A stretch of 64,000 bases of DNA from Zancudomyces culisetae HAW-14-8. Taxonomy: Eukaryota; Fungi; Kickxellomycota. The notes under the pieces are model-generated. The model made no database searches. It saw only the letters and a program-made list of their open reading frames with translations, and had not been told where the DNA came from. Shown here piece by piece: positions 12,190-25,936 of this stretch; the first letter of the stretch is position 1, and the number at the start of each line of letters is the position of its first letter. Location of the stretch: positions 3,368,750 to 3,432,749 of the forward strand of contig JBNJNM010000021.1 of NCBI GenBank assembly GCA_052426225.1, given 5' to 3'. A program made the translations under genes and the position numbers.

Positions 12190-14551
12190 TACAGACATTG
12201 TCACAGAATAGTTCACAGACAAGGTCGTCACTAACCGGAGAAAGTGGTTATGATGGTGGTAGCATCCAAGTAATCGACACTGTTTAAATTAGAATTAATG
12301 AGTTTTGCTTTTTTTCAATCATATGCTTCCTTCTTTTAGAATGTATGTATATATTCGCACAAATAGCAAATAAACGCATTACGAGTTAATAATTTTGTGT
12401 ACAGGTATTTCATTTACTCGATTTTCCTACAGGGTTTTTTCAATTGCTATATTGTTGTGTCGTTTGGAGAAAAGCAGTATTTCTTTTGCTCAGAATGATT
12501 TAAATATTACTTTAAACTTTCTGGTACTAAGCGAAGTGTAAATCTTTATCACACAAAACCTTCAAGCCTTATCTTTATTAAATCAATATTCAACACTATC
12601 AAATTTAGTACAGTAAGATATGGAAATGTTGATTTGTGAACATATCTAATATTATTTGATACTAGCTTTATATTCTTCTTTTTCAACCTGCTTCTAAAAT
12701 AGTTCAATGAATCCACTATTTCAGGTATTCATATATATGAGTTGGTTCGTAATAAATATAAATTTAGATAAGGCGAATACTACAATTTTCGTGTAGTTGT
12801 CATATCTTTAGAAAAACGAGTGAGATGCAGGGTGTTGTAAAACATTTCCCTTGGAGTAGTAATTCTTGTGAAGCTTAATTTTATGAGACTAAAAAATACG
12901 TTTAGATTGATGTTTTCACAAGCCGAGGTATATAGTTGAATGTTTTGTTTGAGCAGGTACAATTGACCTTGAAAAGAGTAGATTGATTAACTAGATTAAG
13001 AATCTGGAAAAACTAGTAGCAGAAAAACTAGATTGTTCAGTCCGAACAACTATGCGTCAAGCTCAAAGTAACAATATTGGCATCGAACCAAGAATATACT
13101 GGTATGGGTTCGATTAAAATTACTAGTACTGTTTTTATTTGGTCAAGCTATACTATTTATAGGCGAATATTACCCAAGTAAATATTTTTGAAATTGAAAT
13201 ATATTTAGTCGAATAAAGTTAAAATCTGGTATTGTTATGCAAACACACAGATACAATTATGCCCAGCCTAGTTCAAATATTGGGAAAAAAATAGAAAAAA
13301 TGAATATCGGTTTGTATACAGTTTTTAAACCTGTTTATCCAGTTTTAACAACCTAGTATTGCTATGGTAAGATCGTCAAAAAAACGAGTAATTAGTTAAA
13401 CATTCTATTAGAGACATAAAATGGTACTCACATAGTTGCATTCTGGTAGGTGAAATTATTCTTAATACTCAAATAAAGATAAAATTTTCATTCATACTTA
13501 ATTCTGGTTGATCCTAGCAACAGTGTCATCCAGTGTTCTTTTATACAGGGTATTCACATCAATACTTCTAACGTTGTAAAACGAGGTCGTGTGATTGTAA
13601 TCATTCTATGTATTTTTGATCTGATTGCAACTTTTTGCCCAACTTTCTGTATTTATACGGTTTCTTACAATGATCAAGTCAGATCAAAAAACCTTGCCTT
13701 TTTATTGCCCATAATAATCTGAAAATTGGATCTTGAACATCGAATAATTGGTGTGAATACATTTTATTGTATTAAATAATATAGAACTATAAGTAGCTAG
13801 TGGCGTGTGTATATAGATTTTAGCTACCTCTGCAGACTTTTATCTTTAATTGAGTGTACCAACGAAATAAACAGATTCGTTTAAACCGGTAATTTTATTA
13901 ATGTCAACACAGTAGCATATCCAGAATCTGCCCTCTGACTCAAATAAAAAGCACTTTCTTTTGCAATTAATTTGTCGTAATCTATTGCCTCTTCTCAAGA
14001 AGCAGGCCTCAAAAACTAGATATCTATTATCAACAGCTCAATAGTGATAATCTAAATATCTGTGTATTCAAAACTGAATACTCATTCTCAGCGGATTCAA
14101 AACACAGAGATAACCCATCTGATTTTGACCTGTTTATTAGAAATGCGATCATAAGTAGTGGTGCTGGATTTGTTTATCTTTTGTACAAAGATATTCAAAA
14201 CATGCTAGTGCTACCCACCAAATCCTACTTCAATAGTATTGTCATTGGCTCTGTAACAAGATCCATCACATGTATATTTTAAATACTATCCAAAGAACAT
14301 TAACTTAATTATCTCTTTCTCTGGCTAGTACTCATACCTATATTACAAAAAATCTACCCAATCACTATAAAAATATTATCATATCCGTTTTTGTATACCA
14401 TGATCTCCATTTTAACGCAAGTTGAGTTAATTATAAAACGATTTTATTTAAAACCCATTTCTCAGTTAACGTTTTTTTAAGTTTGTAGCAAAAATTAAAG
14501 TACTATGCATTTAATGGCCTATTTGGATGAATGAAATCTATAACCTATAAA

Positions 14552-15012
14552 TTAGGTTCTCCTAACCCTGAGCCAAGCGAATGAAATAGCTCTTCTTCCT
14601 ACAACTTTGGATATATTGGAAATAGTCTTGGCTGATGATCTACGGACTATCTGACATTTACCGGTACAATCCTTATCCCCGCAAACCAAGATTACTCCCT
14701 TTCCTGGTTTATCCAATCCACTCTTTCTTCCGACCTTGATTGATCCGAATTTTCTTGTGTTGTAGCACTTTCCACGTCTGATACTGCGCTTTTCGTATCT
14801 GTTAACAAAACCGGCAGCCTTGTACAATCTAACAGTTGTTCTCTTGGCCTTGCAGCGACGATGCATATCGTTGAATTCACAGCCAGAGAGATTGTTGTTG
14901 TGTTCGGAATTAGCAAGATCATTGTTCTGATTCTGTTGGTTACCGCTCATGTTTACTGCACTGGCTAAGGTTGAACCGAGGAGCAAAGACTGACTAATAC
15001 TGACTTGAACAT
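14552..15012 (-). pseudogene. Secreted crystallin-like paralog 2, with a 1-nt frameshift in the signal peptide (pseudogene or consensus error)
   Basis: ATG at 15012 (MFKSVLVS) is 26 nt from the TTG CTC CTC GGT TCA ACC frame. One added base gives MFKSVLVSxLLLGSTLA, colinear with paralog 1. The downstream Cys motif is intact. Confidence 0.75.
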
Positions 15013-17149
15013 TTTAATTTTGTTTGATTTTCTTTGATTTGATTTGGGTTGCTCTGATGTATTTGCTTTTTTCCTGGTGGAATGTTTTTGTGTATTTTAA
15101 ATTATGTGGAGAAAACCATACCCTTATATACTTTTGAGCGAGGTGATATTCTGATAGTTTACATTGTTTTCACACTAATGTATGGTATAACGAACTCAAA
15201 TTCTAATAATTTGTATAAACTGTAATATAAAAGTAAAACTCTATTGAAAGAAGTCCAGTTTATTAAAATTGCAGTCTAGAGTAGTAGCAATATCACAAAG
15301 ATACCTTTGAACACTTCTATTTTTTGCAATAATACTGCATTCTCGGTCACTTTTTACTTCTAGTTTATTTGAATAAACCCATCCATAAGTTCAAAAAGTA
15401 TTTTTTGTTGTTGTTATATGCTATCTTTAGCTGAGCTACACTACTCTAGACATTATGCTAAATTAAAACCATGATGACTGAATGAAAAATCATCAATCGA
15501 TTTTTTGTACTGGCTAAACACTATCTGGACTTCAAAAAAACCACAAAGTAAGGAAAACTCCGGTTATAGAATGAGAGTAGTAGTTAATACTCTGGCTCTT
15601 TTCCGTTTGGTGGAATCTACTCTTTATAATATAATTTTCAATGTTTTATTCATTTTATTATAGCTAGTCTAGAAAGGTGAATTTGTAGATCATTTTTTGT
15701 ATTAACTTTAAAAAATAAGATAACCTAGCCAGTTTATTTATTAAAAGTCCAGAGTTACCCTATAAGCAACAGAATGAAATAAGAAGATTTTCGAGAAAAT
15801 GGAACTAGTACTTCGGTATTCATTTTGGTGGGGTTTCATTTCTACCGCAATATCATTTACTTTGCTATTGTTGGAGACTATAATTCTACTAAAAAAAGAA
15901 AGAAAAATAAAAAAAATTAGAAGAGCCGAGATTCGGTTACGTTTAAATGAGTGCTTTTGAATACTTTGGAGGGGGCAGGGTGCGTGAGAGAGCCTTGGCA
16001 CTAAGTTGGTTTTTTGTTTAATTAACACTCTTTCATTACGATTATAAACTTTATTATACTTGATAAATTACATGATGAAGTAGTACTGTTTCTATACCCA
16101 CTTTTATTTATCCTTGTTTAGTGCTAGTACCAAAAGTATAATTTTTTGTGTCTATGCATTGTGGTTAAAACAAGTAGAAATAAACACAGAAAACCTAGAA
16201 GTTAGAATAGTGCCAAAGAAAGATAGGAAAACAGTCATTGCTCAGATCTAACTAGCCAATTCAGTAAATATATTCTTGCCAAGTTTATACTGGATGAGTG
16301 TAAAAATAACCTGCTTTCAATGGTAATGAAACGTTGATGAACTCAACCAACTACAAAAAACTAAAAAACATACGCCAAAAATTCAGATACATTGAACAAG
16401 AAGGATTAGTTACCTAAAATCCAGTAAAAGAAGCGGTCATATATAGATATTATACAAAAAGAAATAAGAAATACGTGGATGTGGTTTACAAAATAATTTG
16501 AATATTCGTTTTAATAGTAGATGGAGATGATAAGATTGAGAATATACCTCTGAGTAATATCAATAGTATGTGTGTAATTTTATTAGTTATTAATCGAACC
16601 TTCAAAGCTAAAAGTTTTATTTTTATTTAAAACGCTGTCGAATTTCACTTTTATTAATATCGTTTTTTTTCTTGGCACTTGGTACACTTGAACTTCTGCA
16701 AAAGAGATATTTTGCCAAGTACTGAACTTAAAATGTTTATTTAATCTAATTGATAATGTTCATAAGTAAAACTAGAAAACTAGGCTAAACTAAACATTTT
16801 TGTAAAGTCTGTCGTTCTATGTTGGTTTAATCTGTTTTTTATATAGTTTTTGGATGAAACGGCCATTTTATAACCAAATTATAAATGTAGGAAAAGAATG
16901 TATATTTTATGGATGTATTTGTTTATTATCGAAAAATATGAGTCATGTGGAGACCCAAGGTTTCATTTAATAAATATCCATAACAGATATTATAAATAAG
17001 TTCACAATAAATAAGATGAATAAAAACAAAATATGGAGTCTTGAATGAGACATATCATTGATAGACTCAATAAAATAATTGTAAAAAACCAACTGTCAAC
17101 TTCAAGATTGCCATTGGGATCACATGTCACGACCAGAAAAAAGCCATAG

Positions 17150-17400
17150 GAGCCCGAAGTGTAACATGGTTTGGTCACTTTAATCCTGACAGTAAAAGAA
17201 TATTTATACAGATCTGGGTACACGGAGCAGGAGAGAAACAAGGTTTACAAAGGGTACTAAAAACAAGACCATGAAGTGTAAACCGGCAAATATCAATGAG
17301 ATGGTCGGTCAGGCAAAAGAGATTGGAAGCCAACCTATACAAGATCCAGGCAGTGTTGGCACAGCTCATCAATTCAGTCGATGCCATGGTATATGGAATT
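17150..17400 (+). mobile_element. Degenerate DIRS-like gag (ORF1) fragment
   Basis: Broken frames read YLYRSGYTEQERNKVY and KRLEANLYKIQAVLAQLINSVDAMVY, resembling fungal DIRS ORF1 as I recall it. Not verified by search. Confidence 0.45.
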
Positions 17401-18119
17401 AGCCAGTAGGATTTATTTACATTTTATTTGCGATTATTTTAGCGTGCAACAAATTAATGTCAACATCATATCTTTTAATCTAGTTTACCTAGCACGAATA
17501 CCTATTAGGTAAATTCTATCATAACAGAATAAAGATTCCGACACACCAATTTATTATGAAAATTTTCACAATTGAAAATTGTGTTGTTGTGGTTTATTTA
17601 GTTCCGACTTTGTCAGCGACTTACCATGCAAACATGCATTCCATCAAAGTTGTGTGGATTGGTATCTAAATAATGTATCCAAAATGTGTCCAGTTTGCAA
17701 GATAGATTTAAAATATGAGGCAAACATGGTAGTAAACCTACAGCATCCAAAGGTTTAGAAAGTATGTGCTGTCTTTTCTTTTATTTAACTTTGCACGTTT
17801 AATACTCCAGAAAACCAGAATCTGAAACCGTTTGATTTTTTTGACTTTTGAATCTTTTAGGAATGTAGTTGATTGTTTATATATATTTATATATATGTAG
17901 GTTAGATAAATAGGGTTCATGTGTTATTTAGAATTAGAAATACACTACAATAGTAGTAAAAATTATGTGATGTAACAAAAAGGTTTTTCCGAAAAAAATA
18001 TATATAATGTTACACATCTAAAAAGGGAGATAAAAAGATGCAACTCTGGTACAATATACATTGAGTCGTCTTTTACTGCCAGTATCGAAATAAGACAATG
18101 CTAGATTGTGAATTCTGAG

Positions 18120-19243
18120 CTAGTGTGCTTTTTTTAAAAAAATCAAGCCAAACCACGAACTATCTTTGTCCAGCAAGTTACTTAACCGTTCTAATGTCGC
18201 CTAAGTATCACAATAAACGGTGCACACCAAAAATTTATTTAAGATACTATAGGAAATGAATTGAGGAGAACAAAGTATATATGCTTACCTCCCCGCCTCT
18301 GTTAATTTATCGATATCACAAGAATCGGTAAAGTAAGAGGCTTCAGTTTCATTGAGTACTTCTAAAGGTGAAATTTTTAAAACAGACGAATCACCACTAT
18401 CTGTGTTCAAGTCGCCTTCTCCTATTGAAGAATCGTTTGTTTTATGAACTAAGGATTCCATCCCATACTCATAATTATACTCAATACCTGAATCTTTTTG
18501 GACTTGACAAAAATCATCATTTGGAGCACAAGTATCTGAAAATGCTTGGTTATTCTGGTAATCCAAAAGGTCTTGGGGATCGGAAAAAAATGGTGGAAGA
18601 AGGGATATTGCTTTGCATAAAGAAGTGTAGAGCTCATCAACTATTATCGGTATTCATTATTTTAGCAATCGAAAGCTCAAACTGTACTTTTCTGCTACTC
18701 TGTAAAAAAAAATTAAAATCGACTGACATAAAAAGTGGACTTACGCTTGTTCAAATCCTGGTGAAAAATAAACAATTCAGAAAATTGAATTTCCTCCTCG
18801 AGATTTTGTTCCCAGGAATCATCCGCACTCTCGTTCTCATTTTATGAGCCATTTAGACTTTCGACATTTATGTTTTATCTGCTGCCTGAAAGGTGGGAAT
18901 CCTCTTGAGAAGCATTGTTAACAACAGAGGATGGGAATGAGAGCTCTAGTTGTAAACAGATGCAATCACCTAAATTATTTTCGTTCTCGAAATCTACTTT
19001 ATCCTGTTTTAATGATTTTGCGTACAAAGCAATAGAGTCGTAGGCAATGTTAAATTCAGAGTTTTGAGCATCTGATAAAATAACTAGGTGTGTTGCTGTT
19101 ATATATACAGAAAGCGGTTCCTTGGCAATTGTAAACGCTGGTCTTATTCGTACATCACTTAATGAATGCCTGGGCATGTCGCTTTCATTACTTAGGCTAC
19201 CTGCTATGAATTCCGGACTATTGTTTAGAATCGTGAATGACAT
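18120..19243 (-). pseudogene. pICln / Lot5 (Voldacs-domain) homolog, three exons (19243-18745, 18640-18289, 18200-18120), with two in-frame TAA and one frameshift
   Basis: Motifs FNIAYDSIALYAK, CICLQL, ELFIFHQDLNKLDELYTSLCKAISLLP and KLTEAG/ATLERLSNLL (cf. pICln LTAEGQATLERLEGML). GT-AG introns at 18744-18641 and 18288-18201. TAA at 18875-18877 and 18842-18844. One base is missing in the G-run before intron 2. Confidence 0.8.
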
Positions 19244-21518
19244 TTTTCCTTTCAGTTTTTCACGTTTTGCAGTATTTCTTGCACCAAACTTGAATATTTG
19301 ACAAGTTGATAATTCGGGGATAAAATAGTTGAACTGAGTGAGTATTTGATGAGGAAAGCGCTAAGCACAATTAAAAATGGTTGATGGAACCTTTCTAGCT
19401 TTGATAGCTCACTTTTAAATTAAACAAAATTAAGCAAGGAATCCCACTAGCTTTGCCAAATCTCGATAAAATAACGAATCAAAGTTTATTTAAATTAGTT
19501 AGACTGCTTTTCATTTTTCCAAGAAAAAATAATTAAGGCTAACAACTCTGAGAAACGGCGAGTATAGGTTAGTGCTCTTAATCTCGACAGCTTTTACTAG
19601 ATTTTAAATATGCACTTTAGGTAATACGAGCAACTTTTTGTCTGCTTGGTTGACAGCTTTAGCATTTATTGAAAGAAGCACCAAAGATATATACCACGTT
19701 GTTAACATTTGGTTTTTATAATAAACTCCAATCTAATTAGTGATAGCAAATAGGGTAAAATGGTTTGATAAATTAATTCTTAATATTTTGTTTATATGCT
19801 TTAGCTTTGATAATAGGAATCTAGAACTAAATAAAAACTATGAAATTAGAAAAGATTAGTTAATGAAATATTATTTAGCATGTTTGAAACTGAGCTACAA
19901 ACGAATCAGTTGTGTTATTCATATTCGACCTGTGATGATTTTTGAGACTAGCCCTTTTTCTTTGTAGTTTATTTTTTACAATCGATTATTGCATATTTTG
20001 GAAAGGCGTTTTGCCAATCTGTGTATCGTTCACTTCTCAGTTTCGACTTAGGTTATGAAAATTTTGACATTCTCTCAACCCTTTGTGACGCCTTTTTTAT
20101 TATTTCTTGCAAAAAAATAACTTGTAGATGATTCTAACAAATCACAAAACCATTTTTGGTCTCATTAAATCCGGCTCTAAATCCTTTTAATTTTACAATC
20201 TATCTAATAAATGTTTTTTGATAATTACTAGACTTTATATCACACCATTCTTTTATAAAAAAAAGCTAAAGATATTAAAACCTGATAATAATAACTATTT
20301 TTTCAATAGTAGAGACCTCGTCGGTCTCAGCAGCCTTTAAACGACATGAATTATCAGCTAGAATGAAAATTCTGAAACATGAGCTGTCAAGCTTCAGCTG
20401 TGCCACAAGGGTAATGGAACCTGTCCAAAACGATTGATGAACTGATAAATTATAATTAAATTCACAATGTAGCTTTTTCAGAACTACTGTTTCAATTATC
20501 CTAATTTAGGTGGTAAGCAGCAAGTTGAAAAACCAAGAGTACAAAAGTTTTTAGATTGTTCTTTTTTAAACTTTATTAGCCAATTTTGATTTGTAGGTTA
20601 TTTACAGGGGGGAGAGCAAGAAAAATTATGGAAGCTATATTGCTTAGTCTTTATTTGGTAAATTAACTGTAATCATTTACCTCCTACTTTACTTGCCCTT
20701 TTTCTTGGAGGAAAAATGATAATAATTTATACAATTATCCTAAACAGGAATAAAATTATCTAATTTAAAAAATTCAAGTAATTTTTGGATTTCGAACACC
20801 ATAAATAATTACTATCTTTTAACATCACATTACATGCCAGTTTATATGAATTAATTTTTCACATTTTCACATATTTTTCTCGTAAATATGATTAAATCAT
20901 GGGATTTACTACTTGATATCACCTTTACATTCGGATCTGTAGAAATTGGTATAACAAAAAATTAGTAGTAGGTAACTTTACAATAACGACAATTATATAA
21001 TGTAGTAATGTTAAATATATATTACTTGATAAAATATTACTAGATTTAATTAAATACAGGGAATTTTGGAAATGAAATTTTTTTTCATATGTTCTTAATT
21101 TTACTTTTCTTGATTAGTGGTGATAATTAACTAAAAACATAATTTAATGAGGTATTAGCTAATGTATAAAAAAAATAAAGCAAGTTAGAATCTAAACAGA
21201 TTAAAGATTATATACTATAACCCCCCTTAAGCTGCCATTTGAAGGAATGGGGAAAGGGAATACATCAGCAAATTCCATTTGAGTAGCTGATTTAAACGAA
21301 CCGCTGATGATACTAGTAAATAGAAAAAATCAAATTTAAGTAAAGTAAAAAATAGTATAAAAGCAATATAATAAGGAAATTATCAAGTTTACATTTCCAA
21401 TAAAAGGTATCCTACTATCTCTAGGCTTCAAACAAGGGACATTCTTTTAAATTTAATAAATTATTTTTTTTTTAAAAAACTTTCTAGTAGGTATATAGAC
21501 AACAGCAATCAAAGAGGA

Positions 21519-23198
21519 ATGGAAATATCAGTTCTGGGGTTGAGTTTCTACGTACACGACTATATTCTGAGTGTATTATTTTCAATACAGTTTGTTGACG
21601 ACCTTGTGTTGTTTGTAACTGAGAGCGAATACAGACACATACTGGCAAATCTTATTTACATACCATTATTGGCATCCAATATAAAATGGCTATTAAAATA
21701 CATCGTCTCGGATCAATGGCTACAAGAAATACTGGTTTTTATTAAGAACGTGGTTTTACTTTATTTATGTTGTTACCAAATATCGGGAAAAATTCGGAAA
21801 ACAGTAAAGGAACTAGCTGTGCCCTATGGTTTAAAAAAGGTAAAATGCATGGAGGCTGGTATTAGCCGTAATTCTTCTAAGGAATACAAAGGCGAACGTA
21901 AGGTTTATGGGAAGCACATGAACCAAAGTCTGTGTATAGTTAATTCGGAGCAAGGAAGAAGTATTTTGATTGGTGGAAGGTTTTCGTCAGAATATGTAAA
22001 GCATCCAGAGACGATATTCAATAAAAATCGGGCTTTCCTAAAAAATCACCACAAATAAACAATATTAGCCAGAGGAATGCACGTTAATGACATTCTATAC
22101 AGCAGATACTTGTTACATTTTCTGTCATATGTTGATTTGAAGGAATCGATGGAAGCAATCCAACCGACCCTGGAACAAGTAATCAGGAGAGAGATTATAT
22201 CCTCTGGAAGCATGTATAATGGAAATGAGGTAGTGGTTAACAACTTGTATGAGACAGTAAAAAGTATGGTTAGATTTGCTATAATATTTAGATTTTTAGG
22301 CCCATATGCAATAAGAGACAGAAATTTGGTTGAAAGTTTGAAAAAAGTGACGAAGCCGACCAGGCTTGGAAACGTAAATAATCAAGAGTTTTTTTCAACA
22401 CTATTTACTGCGGGGTATTTGGGCAATAACTACTTTTATGAGTATTTTGAACTTGAGTCGAGCCGCAGAAAATACCTTCCCGAATATAGTAAACCAACTG
22501 ATATAATACAATTTTTTACAGACAATTTTAGCATTTTCCAAGCGGAGCTAACGAGTGTAGCGTATTGTATACAGACAATTGTAGCGGTTGGTGTGGAGGT
22601 GGCATCAAGGCGGATATTCAACCTATTAGTAGAACTTAGTTTAAGGCCTGACGTCTACAAAGAGTTGCTGCAGGAACAAAATGAGCTTATTGAAAAGAAT
22701 GGTGATAAAAACCATATTCCATTTGAAATGTTGGACGAAATGGTGTACTTGGATGCGTTCATTAAAGAAACGATCAGGCTTTCGGGATCGGATCCATTCA
22801 TGCCCCGTTGTACGACTCAGGAAGTAGTGATGTCTAATGGCGTGAGTATTTCTAAACATCAATATGTGAGTTTTAACATTCAGGGACATAATAGGGATCC
22901 CGAAATATTTGGACCAAATGCGAATGAATTCGACTACAAGCGACACATTCGTCTTGGGCTGAAACTAACAGATGCTTCGTTGGCTAATTTAATGTGGGGT
23001 GCTGGAAATCGGGTCTGTCTAGCAAGAATATATGCAGCTGCGCTTATGAAGCTGATGTTGGCGATGATAATTAGAAAATACGAGGTGCATGCCAATTACT
23101 CTATTAAAAGAAATGAACACGGACAACCCGCATTCTCTCACTATACATCCCTTAGCGATTTTTGCATAAACAAGGGGTTGTACTTTAAGATTTGTTAA
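21519..23198 (+). pseudogene. Cytochrome P450, one reading frame interrupted by an in-frame TAA at 22056-22058
   Basis: ORFs 21519-22058 and 22077-23198 are in the same frame (HHK*TILARGMH). ExxR motif KETIR, HNRDPEIFGPNANEFDYKRH, heme motif WGAGNRVCLA. Confidence 0.75.
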
Positions 23199-25531
23199 TA
23201 ATTTAGAGTATTACATATTGTTTTGTTGCTTTGGTCAATAGTTAATTAAATAAAGTGAAGATAATAATGTTTATAAACGTTCCAAAAAATAAAAGCAATA
23301 CATAAAAGAGAAAAGTTGAAACATAACATTAGCATTATACCCTTGATTAGGTTTTGATAATACACAGTATTGCTATAGTATTTGACAAAAAACACTCTTG
23401 ATGTGCCTGAGGGTTTACTTTAGCTAAACACTAATGTATATAGTCGAGTCAAATGAAAACCTATTATTTTTTATGCGAACATCCAAATATCAATATTCTC
23501 ATAAATACTCATTATAGCTTAATCAAATTATTATCAGTAACTCAGGAATCAAAAATCAATATATATACGGCTTAAGATTATTTTATTTAGTTAGGCTAAT
23601 TTTTTATAAAACTGTATTTTTTTGTCTGTCATTTCATACATCATATGAATAAAGATTCTAAAGTTTAATTCGTTTATTATCGATTTGTTGTTCTATCTAT
23701 TTAAACGAGTATCTAGATAGAAATATTCTATATATAATAAGGAATGTAGACGTATAATTGTACTGGTTGTTTGTATAAATATCAAAGATATTTCTATTTA
23801 GAGCATTAAAACTCACTAATCTAGTATTAATAGTTAAATTTTATAAATGAAAATAACATCAATGCACACTTACAGATCTAAAAGTTTAAAATTAAAGTTC
23901 TAATCATATGTTGGTTGTAAACTTAGTAATGAGTAAAATATAGTTTGCAAATAGTTATTTTCCAAATACATAAAATGCATTTCTCAAATCTTACTAATTT
24001 CTTTTGTGGTTTGACATACAAACACTCGTTTAATCTACTCTGATTACTTTTATGATTAATTAAAGATGTTTTTTGAAATAAACTGGTATAAATATAAATA
24101 TTCAATTGTTTACTGTTTATTCCTTATGAGATATAAAACAGAAAAATATAGTAGATAGATTACTGAATTCAAATTTAGCTATCACTCAACAAGAAATAAT
24201 TATTTTTCACTTACTTGGCGGTATGAGAGTGTGAGAAATAAATCTAGTATAATATGAAAAAGCTATAGAATAGAACATTTCATTAATTATTTTTTAACTA
24301 TAATCATAAAATTAGTAAACTATCCTTTCAGTGTTAACACGACATAAACGATAGGTGGATTGAGTAAACATTTAACTTTGGCTATTCCGAACAGTTTTTG
24401 ATAGTCACACCAATCATCTTAATAATCGGATGTACCAATCAAGTATAAACTTTAGTTTCTATAAAACATGAAAAACCATATTATGAAAACAAATTAAAAT
24501 ATAGAATCATTTTGAAATGCACCAGCGTATTCGTATCTCCAACTTTTAATTTTTCTTACTAACCATAGTTACAAACTTTTATAAGTTCTTTTTTGAAAAA
24601 CTGTGCACAACTATAGGTTTTATAGACAAATCACATACAAAAAGCAGTAAATTATAAAAGTTGCTATTGTGACTAGATCATGTTCCGTTGATCCTCTTTA
24701 CTTTAGAACTCAAAAGAATAAAAATTGAATATTTTCCTGCAAACTCAGCAATTGCGATAGCCAAAAATTATACAAAGCAGATAATATTAACACATAGGTT
24801 TAATTAAACTTTCCTGTTAAGACATGTACACTGTTTGGCTGCCACACAGTCTAGGACGGTGATCTACTATTTAAAATTGATCTACATTTTCATACCACTA
24901 GGAACAATGAAATCCTAGTTATACCATTTATATTCCTCAGCGTATAAATTTTTAATGCCAAACCAATAGAATTTTAGCCTATTTTTGAGCTACTATTACT
25001 ACAAGTTCAGAAATGTAACTCCTCATTAAAATATCCTAATATCTCTCATTCTCGACTTGGCCAAGAAATTTCAAATTGGATTAACGAAATTGTTCACCTT
25101 GAGATGTTAGTATTTAGTGGAATTTTATAGCACTGGTTCAGGGGCTATTTCAACTATTTTACTGGACTTTTTATTAATACTGTACTTTTATTATTGATTT
25201 TTCAGTCTCATCTTTAGATCTAGTATTTTTTGCTTATTCATAATTAAATTAATTATTAGAGTAAACAAACGTATTTCTTAAATATTGAAATATGAATACT
25301 AGATTCTCAGGCTCGCTCAGATTTATGTCCTTACTTTAGCTATTTTTCATGTAAAACAGTATGTTTTTAATCAAGTAATTTAAATAAGATTTTTACGACG
25401 ACCGGTTTGTGTATAGTTTCAAAAAAGTATAAATAGCGATAATACTGCTTAAAGTTTAAATCCATAATAAATAAACAAGACAAGACCAAAATAACCGCAA
25501 AGTTCATTCCTGAAAAAGAAAACCTCTAAAA

Positions 25532-25936
25532 ATGCGCGTTTCAAGTTATACATTGGCCATCCAGCTTCTGTCAGCTACTCAAACCCTGCTAGTATCAGGT
25601 CATTGCCATCATCACCATCATCACCATCATGGGTCCTCTCGACCAACCTTATACGTTAAAGTATTCTCAGGCTACCGCTTTTCAGGAGATGTAATAAACG
25701 ACTTCCAGATGAGAAAACACAAGTGTTATAACATTGAGCAGGACACCTCAGCGCAATTTCTTAATCCCACGGATAGGTCAGGAGGAATGTTAGTATGCAG
25801 AGAAAACGACTGTAGAGGTGTGTGTACAGTAAATACCAGGTTTTTACAAACTGGTATGTGGAATTTCCCAGAAGATCTCAAGTCTGGTCCACTTTCAATT
25901 AAATGGGTGTCAATGGGTACTGCCCCCAACGAGTGA
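25532..25936 (+). CDS. Secreted crystallin-like paralog 3 with N-terminal HC-His8 tract
   Basis: Signal peptide; VKVFSGYRFSG...KCYN...S...CRENDCRGVC...SIKW. Confidence 0.85.
   Translation: MRVSSYTLAIQLLSATQTLLVSGHCHHHHHHHHGSSRPTLYVKVFSGYRFSGDVINDFQMRKHKCYNIEQDTSAQFLNPTDRSGGMLVCRENDCRGVCTVNTRFLQTGMWNFPEDLKSGPLSIKWVSMGTAPNE

Noticed and set aside
18368-18847. 159-aa plus-strand ORF
   Set aside because: Antisense to pICln exons and an intron; no motifs.
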